Shown here piece after piece: positions 10,605 to 18,475 of a DNA stretch of 64,000 nt. Position 1 is the stretch's first letter. Each line of letters starts with the position of its first letter. The notes below the pieces were generated by a model. That model made no database searches. It was not told the DNA's origin and saw nothing but the letters and a program-made list of their open reading frames with translations. The position numbers were made by a program, and so were the translations under genes. Source of the DNA: an uncultured Ruminococcus sp. (GTDB lineage: Bacteria; Bacillota; Clostridia; Oscillospirales; Acutalibacteraceae). The stretch lies in NCBI GenBank assembly GCA_902786345.1, contig CADACB010000010.1, forward strand, positions 34,723 through 98,722, in the 5' to 3' direction.

Positions 10605-11042
10605 ATGAAGCATATTGAAATATTTACCGATGGTGCTTGCAGCGGTAATCCCGGTCCAGGAGGCTGGGGTGCAATCCTTAGATATAAAGGTCACGAAAAA
10701 GAGCTTTCCGGCGGAGAGGCTGAAACCACAAACAACAGAATGGAGCTTATGGCAGTTATAGAAGCATTAAAAGCACTTAAAGAGCCTTGTGAAATTACAT
10801 TAACAAGCGATTCAAAATATGTTTGTGACGCAATCCTGAAGGGATGGGCTGTAAAGTGGAAAAAAAATAATTGGATCAAAAGTGATAAATCAAAAGCGAA
10901 AAATCCTGAGTTATGGGATGAGCTTCTATCTCTGCTTCAAAAGCATAAGATAAACATAAATTGGGTGCGCGGACACAACGGTCATCCGGAAAATGAACGC
11001 TGTGACAGACTTGCTGTTGCCCAGTCAAAAAAATTTTCATAA
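10605..11042 (+). CDS. rnhA: Ribonuclease HI
   Basis: [25 protein letters not shown]... is typical RNase H1. GGGAGG lies 6-7 nt before the ATG at 10605, which is the 6th codon of the track ORF. Confidence 0.92.
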   Translation: MKHIEIFTDGACSGNPGPGGWGAILRYKGHEKELSGGEAETTNNRMELMAVIEALKALKEPCEITLTSDSKYVCDAILKGWAVKWKKNNWIKSDKSKAKNPELWDELLSLLQKHKININWVRGHNGHPENERCDRLAVAQSKKFS

Positions 11043-11051
11043 ATTTTATCA

Positions 11052-11095
11052 AGATCATCTGTTAAATATATATTTATGACAGATGATCTTTTTGT
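11052..11095 (+). terminator. Intrinsic terminator after rnhA
   Basis: Stem agatcatctgt / acagatgatct followed by ttttgtg. Confidence 0.7.
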
Positions 11096-11262
11096 GATAA
11101 ACATATAAAAATTGATTTATTTTTAGTTATATCCTACTATTTTAATATGATTTATAAAAATAGTATTGATTTATTCCTTTTTTGGGTGTATTATTAATAA
11201 GTCCGGAATAGCTTCTGAATTTATTACATATCAAACCTATTAGATAAATAGTCATACTGTGT

Positions 11263-11340
11263 TATAATAAACAGAATGATTCTGTGATAAAATAAATTTT
11301 GATGCGAAATCCAAATTATTTCAATTGTGATTTCGCTTTT
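11263..11340 (+). promoter_or_regulatory. nifS leader: -10 box, operator-like palindrome and a terminator-like hairpin
   Basis: TGtTATAAT at 11263-11268; palindrome ACAGAATgATTCTGT at 11271-11285; 8-bp stem gcgaaatc / gatttcgc (11304-11336) followed by tttt, just before the nifS RBS. Confidence 0.35.
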
Positions 11341-11361
11341 ATAAGAAATGAGGTATGGAAT

Positions 11362-12543
11362 TTGATCAGGAAAGTATACGCTGATAACGCTGCAACCACA
11401 AAACTGTCAGCAGCTGCATTTGAGGCTATGAAACCGTATTTTTTTGAAAATTACGGAAATCCGTCAAGCCTTTACAAATTGGGCGCTGAAAGCAGCAAGG
11501 CTGTTGATAAAGCAAGAGCAGATATTGCAGAATGCATTAATGCAGAAAGACCATCTGAGATTTGCTTTGTTTCCGGCGGAAGCGAAGCAGACAACCACGC
11601 AATAAAGGGTGCGGCAGAGCTGGGAGCAAAAAAAGGCAAAAAACACATTATTTCATCAAAATTTGAACATCACGCAGTATTGCATACTCTCGATTATCTG
11701 AAAAAACACGGCTTTGAAATAACTTTGCTTGACGTTCACGAAGACGGTATTGTGCGTCCGGAAGAACTTGAGGCTGCTATAAGAGAAGATACGGCATTGG
11801 TTACGATAATGTTCGCCAACAATGAAATAGGTACAATACAGCCAATAAAAGAACTCGCAGAAATTGCTCATAAACACGGAATATTATTTCACACAGATGC
11901 GGTACAGGCTGTAGGTAATATTGAGATTGATGTGAGAAAGCTGGGCGTTGATATGCTTTCGATGTCATCACATAAATTTCACGGTCCTAAAGGCGTGGGG
12001 GCATTATATATGAGAAAGGGTATCCGTCTGCCGAATCTTATACACGGAGGTGCTCAGGAAAGGGGGCTTCGTGCAGGAACTGAAAATGTTCCGGGCATTG
12101 TAGGTATGGCAGCCGCATTGAAGGAATCTATTGAAAAAATGCCCGAAAGAAATGTACGTCTTACAAAAATGCGTGACAGATTTATTGATGAAATGCTTAA
12201 AACAGACAGATCCATTATAAACGGAGACAGGTTTAAAAGACTTCCGGGTAATGTAAATATGTGTTTTCAGGGTATAGAAGGAGAATCCTTGCTGCTTATG
12301 TTGGATCTTAACGGTGTAAGCGCATCATCAGGTTCTGCCTGTACATCAGGCTCTTTAGATCCGAGCCATGTTCTGCTTGCTATAGGACTTCCTCACGAGA
12401 TCGCTCACGGTTCACTCAGACTGACCTTCAGCGAGGAAAATACCGAAGAGGACATCGACTATATTATATCTGTATTAAAACCTATCATTAAAAGATTGAG
12501 AGATATGTCCCCTCTTTGGGAAAAAATAATCAAAAATAATTGA
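11362..12543 (+). CDS. nifS: Cysteine desulfurase NifS (class V aminotransferase)
   Basis: PLP-lysine motif [10 protein letters not shown] and active-site SSGSACTS. I chose the TTG start at 11362 ([13 protein letters not shown]) with GAGGT 8 nt upstream; the longer track ORF has no RBS. Confidence 0.9.
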   Translation: MIRKVYADNAATTKLSAAAFEAMKPYFFENYGNPSSLYKLGAESSKAVDKARADIAECINAERPSEICFVSGGSEADNHAIKGAAELGAKKGKKHIISSKFEHHAVLHTLDYLKKHGFEITLLDVHEDGIVRPEELEAAIREDTALVTIMFANNEIGTIQPIKELAEIAHKHGILFHTDAVQAVGNIEIDVRKLGVDMLSMSSHKFHGPKGVGALYMRKGIRLPNLIHGGAQERGLRAGTENVPGIVGMAAALKESIEKMPERNVRLTKMRDRFIDEMLKTDRSIINGDRFKRLPGNVNMCFQGIEGESLLLMLDLNGVSASSGSACTSGSLDPSHVLLAIGLPHEIAHGSLRLTFSEENTEEDIDYIISVLKPIIKRLRDMSPLWEKIIKNN

Positions 12544-12563
12544 ATGAAAGAAAGGTGATATTT

Positions 12564-12995
12564 ATGGCATACAGTGAAAAGGTAATGGACCATTTTGCAA
12601 ACCCAAGGAACGTGGGTGAAATGCCCGATGCAAATGGAATCGGAGAAGTTGGAAATTCAAAATGCGGAGATATAATGAAAATGTATATCAAGGTTGAGGA
12701 CGATATTATCAAAGACGTAAGCTTCAAAACCTTTGGCTGCGGTGCGGCTATCGCAACAAGCTCAATGGCAACAGAGCTTGTAAAAGGACGCTCTGTCAAA
12801 GACGCACTTAAGCTCACAAACAAGGCTGTTATGGAGGCTCTTGACGGACTGCCGCCGGTGAAGGTTCACTGTTCAATTCTTGCGGAACAGGCAATAAAAG
12901 CAGCTCTAAGTGATTATTATACCCGACAGGGGATTAATCCTGAACCTATTGTCGGCAAAATAACAGAAGCACCTGAGTGTGCCTATGAAAACTGA
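12564..12995 (+). CDS. nifU: Fe-S cluster assembly scaffold NifU/IscU
   Basis: MAYSEKVMDHFANPRNVG..., with conserved Cys in GNSKCGD, FGCGAAIA and VHCS. AAAGGTGA RBS precedes the ATG at 12564. Confidence 0.9.
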   Translation: MAYSEKVMDHFANPRNVGEMPDANGIGEVGNSKCGDIMKMYIKVEDDIIKDVSFKTFGCGAAIATSSMATELVKGRSVKDALKLTNKAVMEALDGLPPVKVHCSILAEQAIKAALSDYYTRQGINPEPIVGKITEAPECAYEN

Positions 12996-13027
12996 TCATC
13001 CTTGATCTTTAATACAACAAAATTACA

Positions 13028-13071
13028 GGCTGTGATTTGAGTCAGTTCTTCAAATCACAGCCGTATTTTTT
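13028..13071 (+). terminator. Intrinsic terminator after nifU
   Basis: 13-bp stem ggctgtgatttga / tcaaatcacagcc followed by gtatttttt. Confidence 0.8.
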
Positions 13072-13227
13072 ACTGTTACTAAAAACTATTATAGCTACAA
13101 ATTTTTCAGGAGAAAAACATATAAATATATATGTCATATTTTAGGAAAGCACTGATTAAATAGAAAAATATAAGAAAACGCTTGAAAAATAAGTTACAAA
13201 AACAAAGGTTATAAAAACAGTTTTGCA

Positions 13228-13278
13228 TTGCTTTATAAAGCAAACAGCCTTGCAATGCCAGAAAAAATTTGTTATAGT
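13228..13278 (+). promoter_or_regulatory. Candidate TetR-gene promoter with an adjacent 16-bp perfect palindrome (putative operator)
   Basis: TTGCTTTATAAAGCAA at 13228-13243; TTGCAA at 13250-13255; 17-nt spacer; TATAGT at 13273-13278. Confidence 0.45.
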
Positions 13279-13306
13279 AATAACATACCGAAGGGAGTGT
13301 GGCACA

Positions 13307-13876
13307 ATGATTGGGAACGTGCCGAGCCGCAGAACATTAAGAACACAAGCGGCGATTCGCAACGCGTTTGCCGAGCTTTTGACCGAAAAGGAGCTGCACA
13401 AAATTACTGTGCAGGAACTTGCGGACAGAGCCGACGTTGGACGCGCGACGTTTTATAAGCATTATCTTGATATCTACGACCTTTATGAGAAAATTGAGAG
13501 CAATACGCTGACGGAAATTGCCGCGCTTGTGCTGAACACCGGAGAAGAGCCTGTTGAGGATTTCTTCAAAAAACTGCTCGATTACATCTCGAACAACCGG
13601 GCGGTATTCAAAATGATTTTCAGCCCGAACATCACCGCGCAGCTTTATGTCAAGCTGTCAGGAATGATTGAGGGAATGTTCCGCCAGGTGGAGAGCGAGA
13701 AAACCGGACGCAGCGTCGATGACAGGCGGCTTGAATTTATTAACGGCTACCGTGTGCAGGGCTGTATGTCCGTCATTTCAAAATGGGCACAAAATGATTT
13801 CGGCGATTCAACGGAGGATATTCTGAAAACCCTTTTGCTGCTCGACAACAGCATAACAAAGCTTCTGTATACTTAA
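13307..13876 (+). CDS. TetR/AcrR-family transcriptional regulator
   Basis: N-terminal HTH region (RTQAAIRNAFAELLTEKELHKITVQELADRADVGRATFYKHY). ATG at 13307 with GAAGGGAG RBS. The GC-rich sequence begins here. Confidence 0.85.
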   Translation: MIGNVPSRRTLRTQAAIRNAFAELLTEKELHKITVQELADRADVGRATFYKHYLDIYDLYEKIESNTLTEIAALVLNTGEEPVEDFFKKLLDYISNNRAVFKMIFSPNITAQLYVKLSGMIEGMFRQVESEKTGRSVDDRRLEFINGYRVQGCMSVISKWAQNDFGDSTEDILKTLLLLDNSITKLLYT

Positions 13877-13885
13877 TGAAACAAT

Positions 13886-13926
13886 CCCCGTCCGTCACCT
13901 TTTATGGTGCGGGCGGGGTGTTTTCG
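13886..13926. terminator. GC-rich bidirectional terminator between the TetR gene and the cargo gene
   Basis: Stem ccccgtccgtcacc / ggtgcgggcgggg followed by tgttttcgg; it sits between convergent genes. Confidence 0.7.
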
Positions 13927-13944
13927 GTTAGAAGAGACGTATTT

Positions 13945-16089
13945 TTATTTCTTCATATAGTTAACATAATCCTGAAATGTTCTGTTGCTATCCTTTGATA
14001 ACCAATCACAGCAATCAATGAATTCTCTTATACTCGATCCGTCCAGTTTACTGTTGCCGAGAAATACTTTTTCCCAATCCAAAAAGATTCTGTAATTATA
14101 CGGCTTTCCATATCCGAAGCCTATCAACCCCCATGATAAATAACCACGGAGAGTCTCTATATCGGCGTTGGGAAATTCCTTTTTCCAACTATTGTAGAAT
14201 CTGTTGAATCGATCTACTATAAATTCATGATTGCCTCTATAGAAATCAGCTTTATCCGGATTTGAATAATCGAAACGGTTTCTCTCATCACTGTTCCGCC
14301 ACTCCCTGTAGACCTCATAGTCCTTGTAACCGAAAGCGGGAAAAGACGCTTTGAAGGCTCTGTAAATATTTTTGTATTCGTCAAAGGTCATTTCAGGATG
14401 GTCCCACTTAAAAGTGTTATATTCCTTAGTGGGTGCATATGCCTTCTGTTCATCGTCCGAAAGATTGTTATAGATGGTAAAAATCTTGTTGCTGTAGTTA
14501 TAGCAGTTCACATAATTAGTTGTCAGCTTTATGCCCCAACCGTAGATATCTTCTCTACGGTATGTGTACACCTTAAAGCTCTGCTCCTCACATTTGGGGT
14601 CATAGATGTTGATTCCCTTTGCGTAAACGGTGCAGTCATACAGCAGTGCTCCATCAACCTTGCCGGCAAACTCAGTTCCGGCATCCTTTTCCTTTGTATC
14701 AAGGTTAGTGCTTGTCAGAAGATAGGCGGTGCCGCTGTTCGCCACATCAAAGGTGTATGCTAATGCACCATACTTTTTCAGGTAATCATACAGAGAGGTA
14801 TTGGGATATTTTTCGCGGACATAGCTTGCGAGCTGCTTGATTTCGTCGGTGGAGATTGTGCTCTTTTTGACATAGTCACCGGCGACAGATTTCATGTCCT
14901 TATAAAGATTAACGTTCTGCGAACGTCCGATAACATCGGTGAGCGACTTACTTGTCTTGAAAATCATCGTGCCGTTGTCGTGCTTTTGAAAGCTCTTGAC
15001 CCCTGTTGCTGCTGCAACGAGCATTTTAGAAGCATCGCTCGCGTCAAGAATTTCTCTGTTTTTGTCAAAGCTGTTATAAGCCGTTCTGAGCGCACCGTCA
15101 CCAAGTGCCTTTACATCAGCGTCTTTGAAATAGTAAACAGCGTCCGCTGCCCTCTGGCACTCCGCCAACAGAGAAACCGCGTATACATACTGTTTTGTCA
15201 GGTCTTCGGCCGCACCATACGCCTCGTTATACGCTTCGCTTTCTACCATGCAGCCTGCCGCCTTGTCGTTGTAAAGCAAATCAAACATACAGTCTGACAC
15301 ATACTTGTTGCTGCCGTCCATATAGTCCCTGATGACGGTGCAGTAATTTTTGACGTCTCTGAAATCAGCCGAATTTTTGAGTGTTGCAAGCTTCATCATC
15401 TTCTGCTGGTTGTTGAGGTCGTCGTCGGTTTCAACCGCGTAAACGTCCTTTGCAAAGGACTCCAGCACAGCGCTGAGGTTACGGAAATTTGTCTTAAGCT
15501 CACTGAGTTCGGTTTTGTTACCAAGCCACTTGGTGTTGACGTCAATGTTGTTGTTAAGATGCTTCAGCTCCGTCTGAATGTCGTCGAGCTTTTGATCCAT
15601 TTTGTCGAGCTTGTCGTTCATCGCCGCCATGGGGTCGCTGTTATTGTCAACATTCACATGGAACAATGTTTTGAAAGGTGCTACCAAAAGTCCTGCTCCG
15701 GGAAAAGCATTACCGAGTGTGCCAAAAGCTTCGTCAGCCATCGCAATGCCCGCCTTCTTACCGTAATCCTCCGCGCTGACAGCGGCGTAGCTTACCGCAC
15801 CGATGTTGCCGCCGTCAAGAAGCTCAACATAAGACTGCTGATTTGTTTCCGCCGCACTTACCGGAACGGGGGCAATTGCCGACGCGCTGGATAAAACCAT
15901 AATGGACGCAAGCAGTGCCGGGATAAAGCCCTTGCCGCCTGTTACCTCGGCAAGCATTTCGTCGGGGATTTCAATATCATATTCGTCGATTACCTGCGCA
16001 ATCTCTTCCTCGGTTTTGCAGGTAAATACCTTTGTCTTTTGCTCCTCGGTCAGTGTGTTCAAAAATTCGTTAGCATTGAAGTTCGTCAT
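13945..16089 (-). CDS. 714-aa secreted-protein candidate with a Nif11/double-glycine-type leader (predicted PCAT cargo); function of the mature part unknown
   Basis: N-terminus MTNFNANEFLNTLTEEQKTKVFTCKTEEEIAQVIDEYDIEIPDEMLAEVTGG, followed by the hydrophobic stretch KGFIPALLASIMVLSSASAIAPVPVSAAE. AGGAGG RBS precedes the start. It is adjacent to a C39-ABC exporter. Confidence 0.85.
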   Translation of the reverse strand: MTNFNANEFLNTLTEEQKTKVFTCKTEEEIAQVIDEYDIEIPDEMLAEVTGGKGFIPALLASIMVLSSASAIAPVPVSAAETNQQSYVELLDGGNIGAVSYAAVSAEDYGKKAGIAMADEAFGTLGNAFPGAGLLVAPFKTLFHVNVDNNSDPMAAMNDKLDKMDQKLDDIQTELKHLNNNIDVNTKWLGNKTELSELKTNFRNLSAVLESFAKDVYAVETDDDLNNQQKMMKLATLKNSADFRDVKNYCTVIRDYMDGSNKYVSDCMFDLLYNDKAAGCMVESEAYNEAYGAAEDLTKQYVYAVSLLAECQRAADAVYYFKDADVKALGDGALRTAYNSFDKNREILDASDASKMLVAAATGVKSFQKHDNGTMIFKTSKSLTDVIGRSQNVNLYKDMKSVAGDYVKKSTISTDEIKQLASYVREKYPNTSLYDYLKKYGALAYTFDVANSGTAYLLTSTNLDTKEKDAGTEFAGKVDGALLYDCTVYAKGINIYDPKCEEQSFKVYTYRREDIYGWGIKLTTNYVNCYNYSNKIFTIYNNLSDDEQKAYAPTKEYNTFKWDHPEMTFDEYKNIYRAFKASFPAFGYKDYEVYREWRNSDERNRFDYSNPDKADFYRGNHEFIVDRFNRFYNSWKKEFPNADIETLRGYLSWGLIGFGYGKPYNYRIFLDWEKVFLGNSKLDGSSIREFIDCCDWLSKDSNRTFQDYVNYMKK

Positions 16090-16168
16090 TTCGGTTACCT
16101 CCTAAATGTATTTTAAAATTATTTTGCTTAGGTTATGTTCAGGGTTGTTTTCCGTTCCCTGTGACTAT

Positions 16169-16197
16169 ATAGTAACACCATTTTTTAATAGTTTCAA
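16169..16197 (-). promoter_or_regulatory. Candidate promoter of the cargo gene
   Basis: On the minus strand: TTGAAA (16197-16192), 17-nt spacer, TACTAT (16174-16169) with TG upstream. It lies about 80 nt before the cargo ATG. Confidence 0.45.
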
Positions 16198-16217
16198 TCT
16201 TCAATGTACCCACGATT

Positions 16218-16263
16218 TGTCTACTTAGAGACACATTACAGACAAAGTGTCTATTTGTAGACA
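16218..16263. promoter_or_regulatory. Cluster of five TGTCT/AGACA pentamers (three inverted-repeat pairs) upstream of the cargo promoter
   Basis: TGTCT at 16218 and 16248; AGACA at 16229, 16240 and 16259. This gives TGTCT-N6-AGACA, AGACA-N3-TGTCT and TGTCTA-N4-TAGACA. Confidence 0.4.
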
Positions 16264-16268
16264 TATTG

Positions 16269-18464
16269 TTAATGAATTGTCTGATTATCCGTTCTCTGAC
16301 GGCTGACAAGCTCGGAAAACAGCCCGTTTTTCGCTGTCAGTTCTTCGTAGCTTCCTTCCTCGGCAACGGCGCCGTTGTCGAGCACCAGTATTCTGTCGCA
16401 ATGGCGTATTGTCGAAAGTCTGTGCGCGATAATGATACGCGTGCAGCCCATTTTATCAAGAGAATCGCTCACCTGACGCTGCGTGATGTTGTCGAGAGCG
16501 CTGGTTGCTTCGTCAAAAATCAGAATTTTCGGTTGTGAAACAACCGCCCTCGCAATCAAGATACGCTGCTTTTGTCCGCCAGAAATTCCCCCCTGCCCTG
16601 CTGACACAAGGGTGTGCATCCCCATCGGCATAGCACGGATATCGTCGGCGATTCCCGCAATTTCAGCAGCTTTCCATGCATCGTCAAGTGTCGCCTGCGG
16701 AAATGCTATAGTAATATTTTCAAATATGCTACCCTGAAACAGCTCGCCGTTTTGCATAACCGTACCGATTTTGCCGCGCAGAGAGCTTAGGTCGAGCAAA
16801 TCCAAGCTGTGTCCGTCGTAAGCAACCTCGCCGCGTTCGGGAGTGCGCAGGCCGAGCAGCAGCTTTACCAAGGTGGATTTGCCGCAGCCTGTTTTGCCGA
16901 CAACCGCGATATATTCCTTAGGGCGTATTTTCAAAGACAGGTTTTTAAATATATATGGAGTGTTCTCGCCGTAGCGGAAGTAGATATTATTCAGCTCCAC
17001 TGCTCCGCTCAAATCTGAAACAATCCGTCGGTCGCCGTATGCTTCGGGTTCTGTCTGCATGAATATGTCAAGCATTTGCAGCATGGGCGCAATTTTTCCT
17101 ACGGACACAAACGAATCCGACAGCAACTTTATCGCACCGAGTACCGTGCCGAACGCCACCGCGAACGCGATATAGGACGATTGCCCAACGCCGTAATCCA
17201 TCGCAATGTTGTACAAAACGATACTTGAAACAAGGCTTACCGCAAGGGTGATTACACCACTGATACGTGCGAAAAGCGGCGGCGAAAAGCTGAGCCGTCT
17301 GCTTTCGGAATACTCGCCGAGCCACTTTGCGAAGAAGCGTTTTTCAGCTCCCGAGAGCTTTATCTTCTGAATTCCGTTTATCACGTTATATCTGGTTTTG
17401 GCTTCTTTGGCGGAAAGTTGCAGCTTTTTGTTGTTAATTTTTGTCTGCACAACCGCAGAGAGCACGCCGAAGCCGATGGTGATCAGCAGTATTGACAGCG
17501 TCGGCAGGCCGAGCGGCGGCGCAATCCAAAATATTTGAACGATATACAAAAGCGACGCCAGCGCGGTCAGCCCAGTTCCCGCAACGGCAGAAATCAATAG
17601 TTCGCAAAGCTCGTCAACAGTGCTCGAAAAGCCCGCAAGCTCGCCCGGACTTACTCTTTCAAAAAAGTCAGAAGGAAGCCCCAGTATCCGCATCATCAAA
17701 GCCGAATGAACCGTTAAGGAAGTTTTGCCGCGGATTCTCTTTATCAGCGAGTCAACTACCGTGCGGATTAACTGAACCGAGATCACGGTACACAGCATGA
17801 AAATACCAATAAAAAAGAGTAATATGGTATTGCCGCTTGCCACTATGTCGCCGGTAAGCACTTTTACCGTCTGCGGAATCAGCAGCCCGACGGCTGTCAT
17901 GAGCAGTACGCAAAAAGCGAGATATACCCAATCTTTTGCGCGCATACAATCCTTTATGTAGTATAGAAATTCCTTTGAAGTCAGCTTTTTATGCGGAAGC
18001 GGCTTGTAAAAACAATAGGCTTCCGTTTCAAACAACGCCGCCGTTTTGCGGTTTACCCTTACGGTACTTCCCAAATGGTTTTTAAAGCTGTAATGTGTGC
18101 CGAATTTATCGGGTAAGAGAACAACGGGCTCGCCGTTGTCTTTTCTGTGTGTAAGTAATACGCCGTAAGCATCCTTGTACCACTCACCATCCAAAAGGAC
18201 TGTACGCTTCATAACACCGTAGTACCGCAAGCTGTAGTTGAGCTGTTCGCCGCTGTCGGTGATAGAATCCGGAAACTTCACGGGCTTTAGGTGAAAATAT
18301 TTTAAAATCTCGTCAATGGCGCGTTCGGCGATAATGCTTTCGTCAAGCAATTCGTCTGCCGTTTGCTGTCCATAAACAATACCCGCTGCCTGAAGGAAGG
18401 TGTTTTCCAACAACTGTTGGTCTTGCTCCTTCCGCTCGTTTATTTGTTTTTCAAATAAATTCAT
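16269..18464 (-). CDS. ABC exporter (permease plus ATPase) with a non-peptidase N-terminal domain; NHLM-type second transporter
   Basis: 731 aa. The N-terminal domain of about 170 aa has no Cys/His C39 motifs. It has a 6-TM region, Walker A GKTGCGKST, signature ISGGQKQR and Walker B ILIFDEATSALD. AAGGAG RBS. Confidence 0.9.
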   Translation of the reverse strand: MNLFEKQINERKEQDQQLLENTFLQAAGIVYGQQTADELLDESIIAERAIDEILKYFHLKPVKFPDSITDSGEQLNYSLRYYGVMKRTVLLDGEWYKDAYGVLLTHRKDNGEPVVLLPDKFGTHYSFKNHLGSTVRVNRKTAALFETEAYCFYKPLPHKKLTSKEFLYYIKDCMRAKDWVYLAFCVLLMTAVGLLIPQTVKVLTGDIVASGNTILLFFIGIFMLCTVISVQLIRTVVDSLIKRIRGKTSLTVHSALMMRILGLPSDFFERVSPGELAGFSSTVDELCELLISAVAGTGLTALASLLYIVQIFWIAPPLGLPTLSILLITIGFGVLSAVVQTKINNKKLQLSAKEAKTRYNVINGIQKIKLSGAEKRFFAKWLGEYSESRRLSFSPPLFARISGVITLAVSLVSSIVLYNIAMDYGVGQSSYIAFAVAFGTVLGAIKLLSDSFVSVGKIAPMLQMLDIFMQTEPEAYGDRRIVSDLSGAVELNNIYFRYGENTPYIFKNLSLKIRPKEYIAVVGKTGCGKSTLVKLLLGLRTPERGEVAYDGHSLDLLDLSSLRGKIGTVMQNGELFQGSIFENITIAFPQATLDDAWKAAEIAGIADDIRAMPMGMHTLVSAGQGGISGGQKQRILIARAVVSQPKILIFDEATSALDNITQRQVSDSLDKMGCTRIIIAHRLSTIRHCDRILVLDNGAVAEEGSYEELTAKNGLFSELVSRQRTDNQTIH

Positions 18465-18475
18465 ACGCAGTCTCC

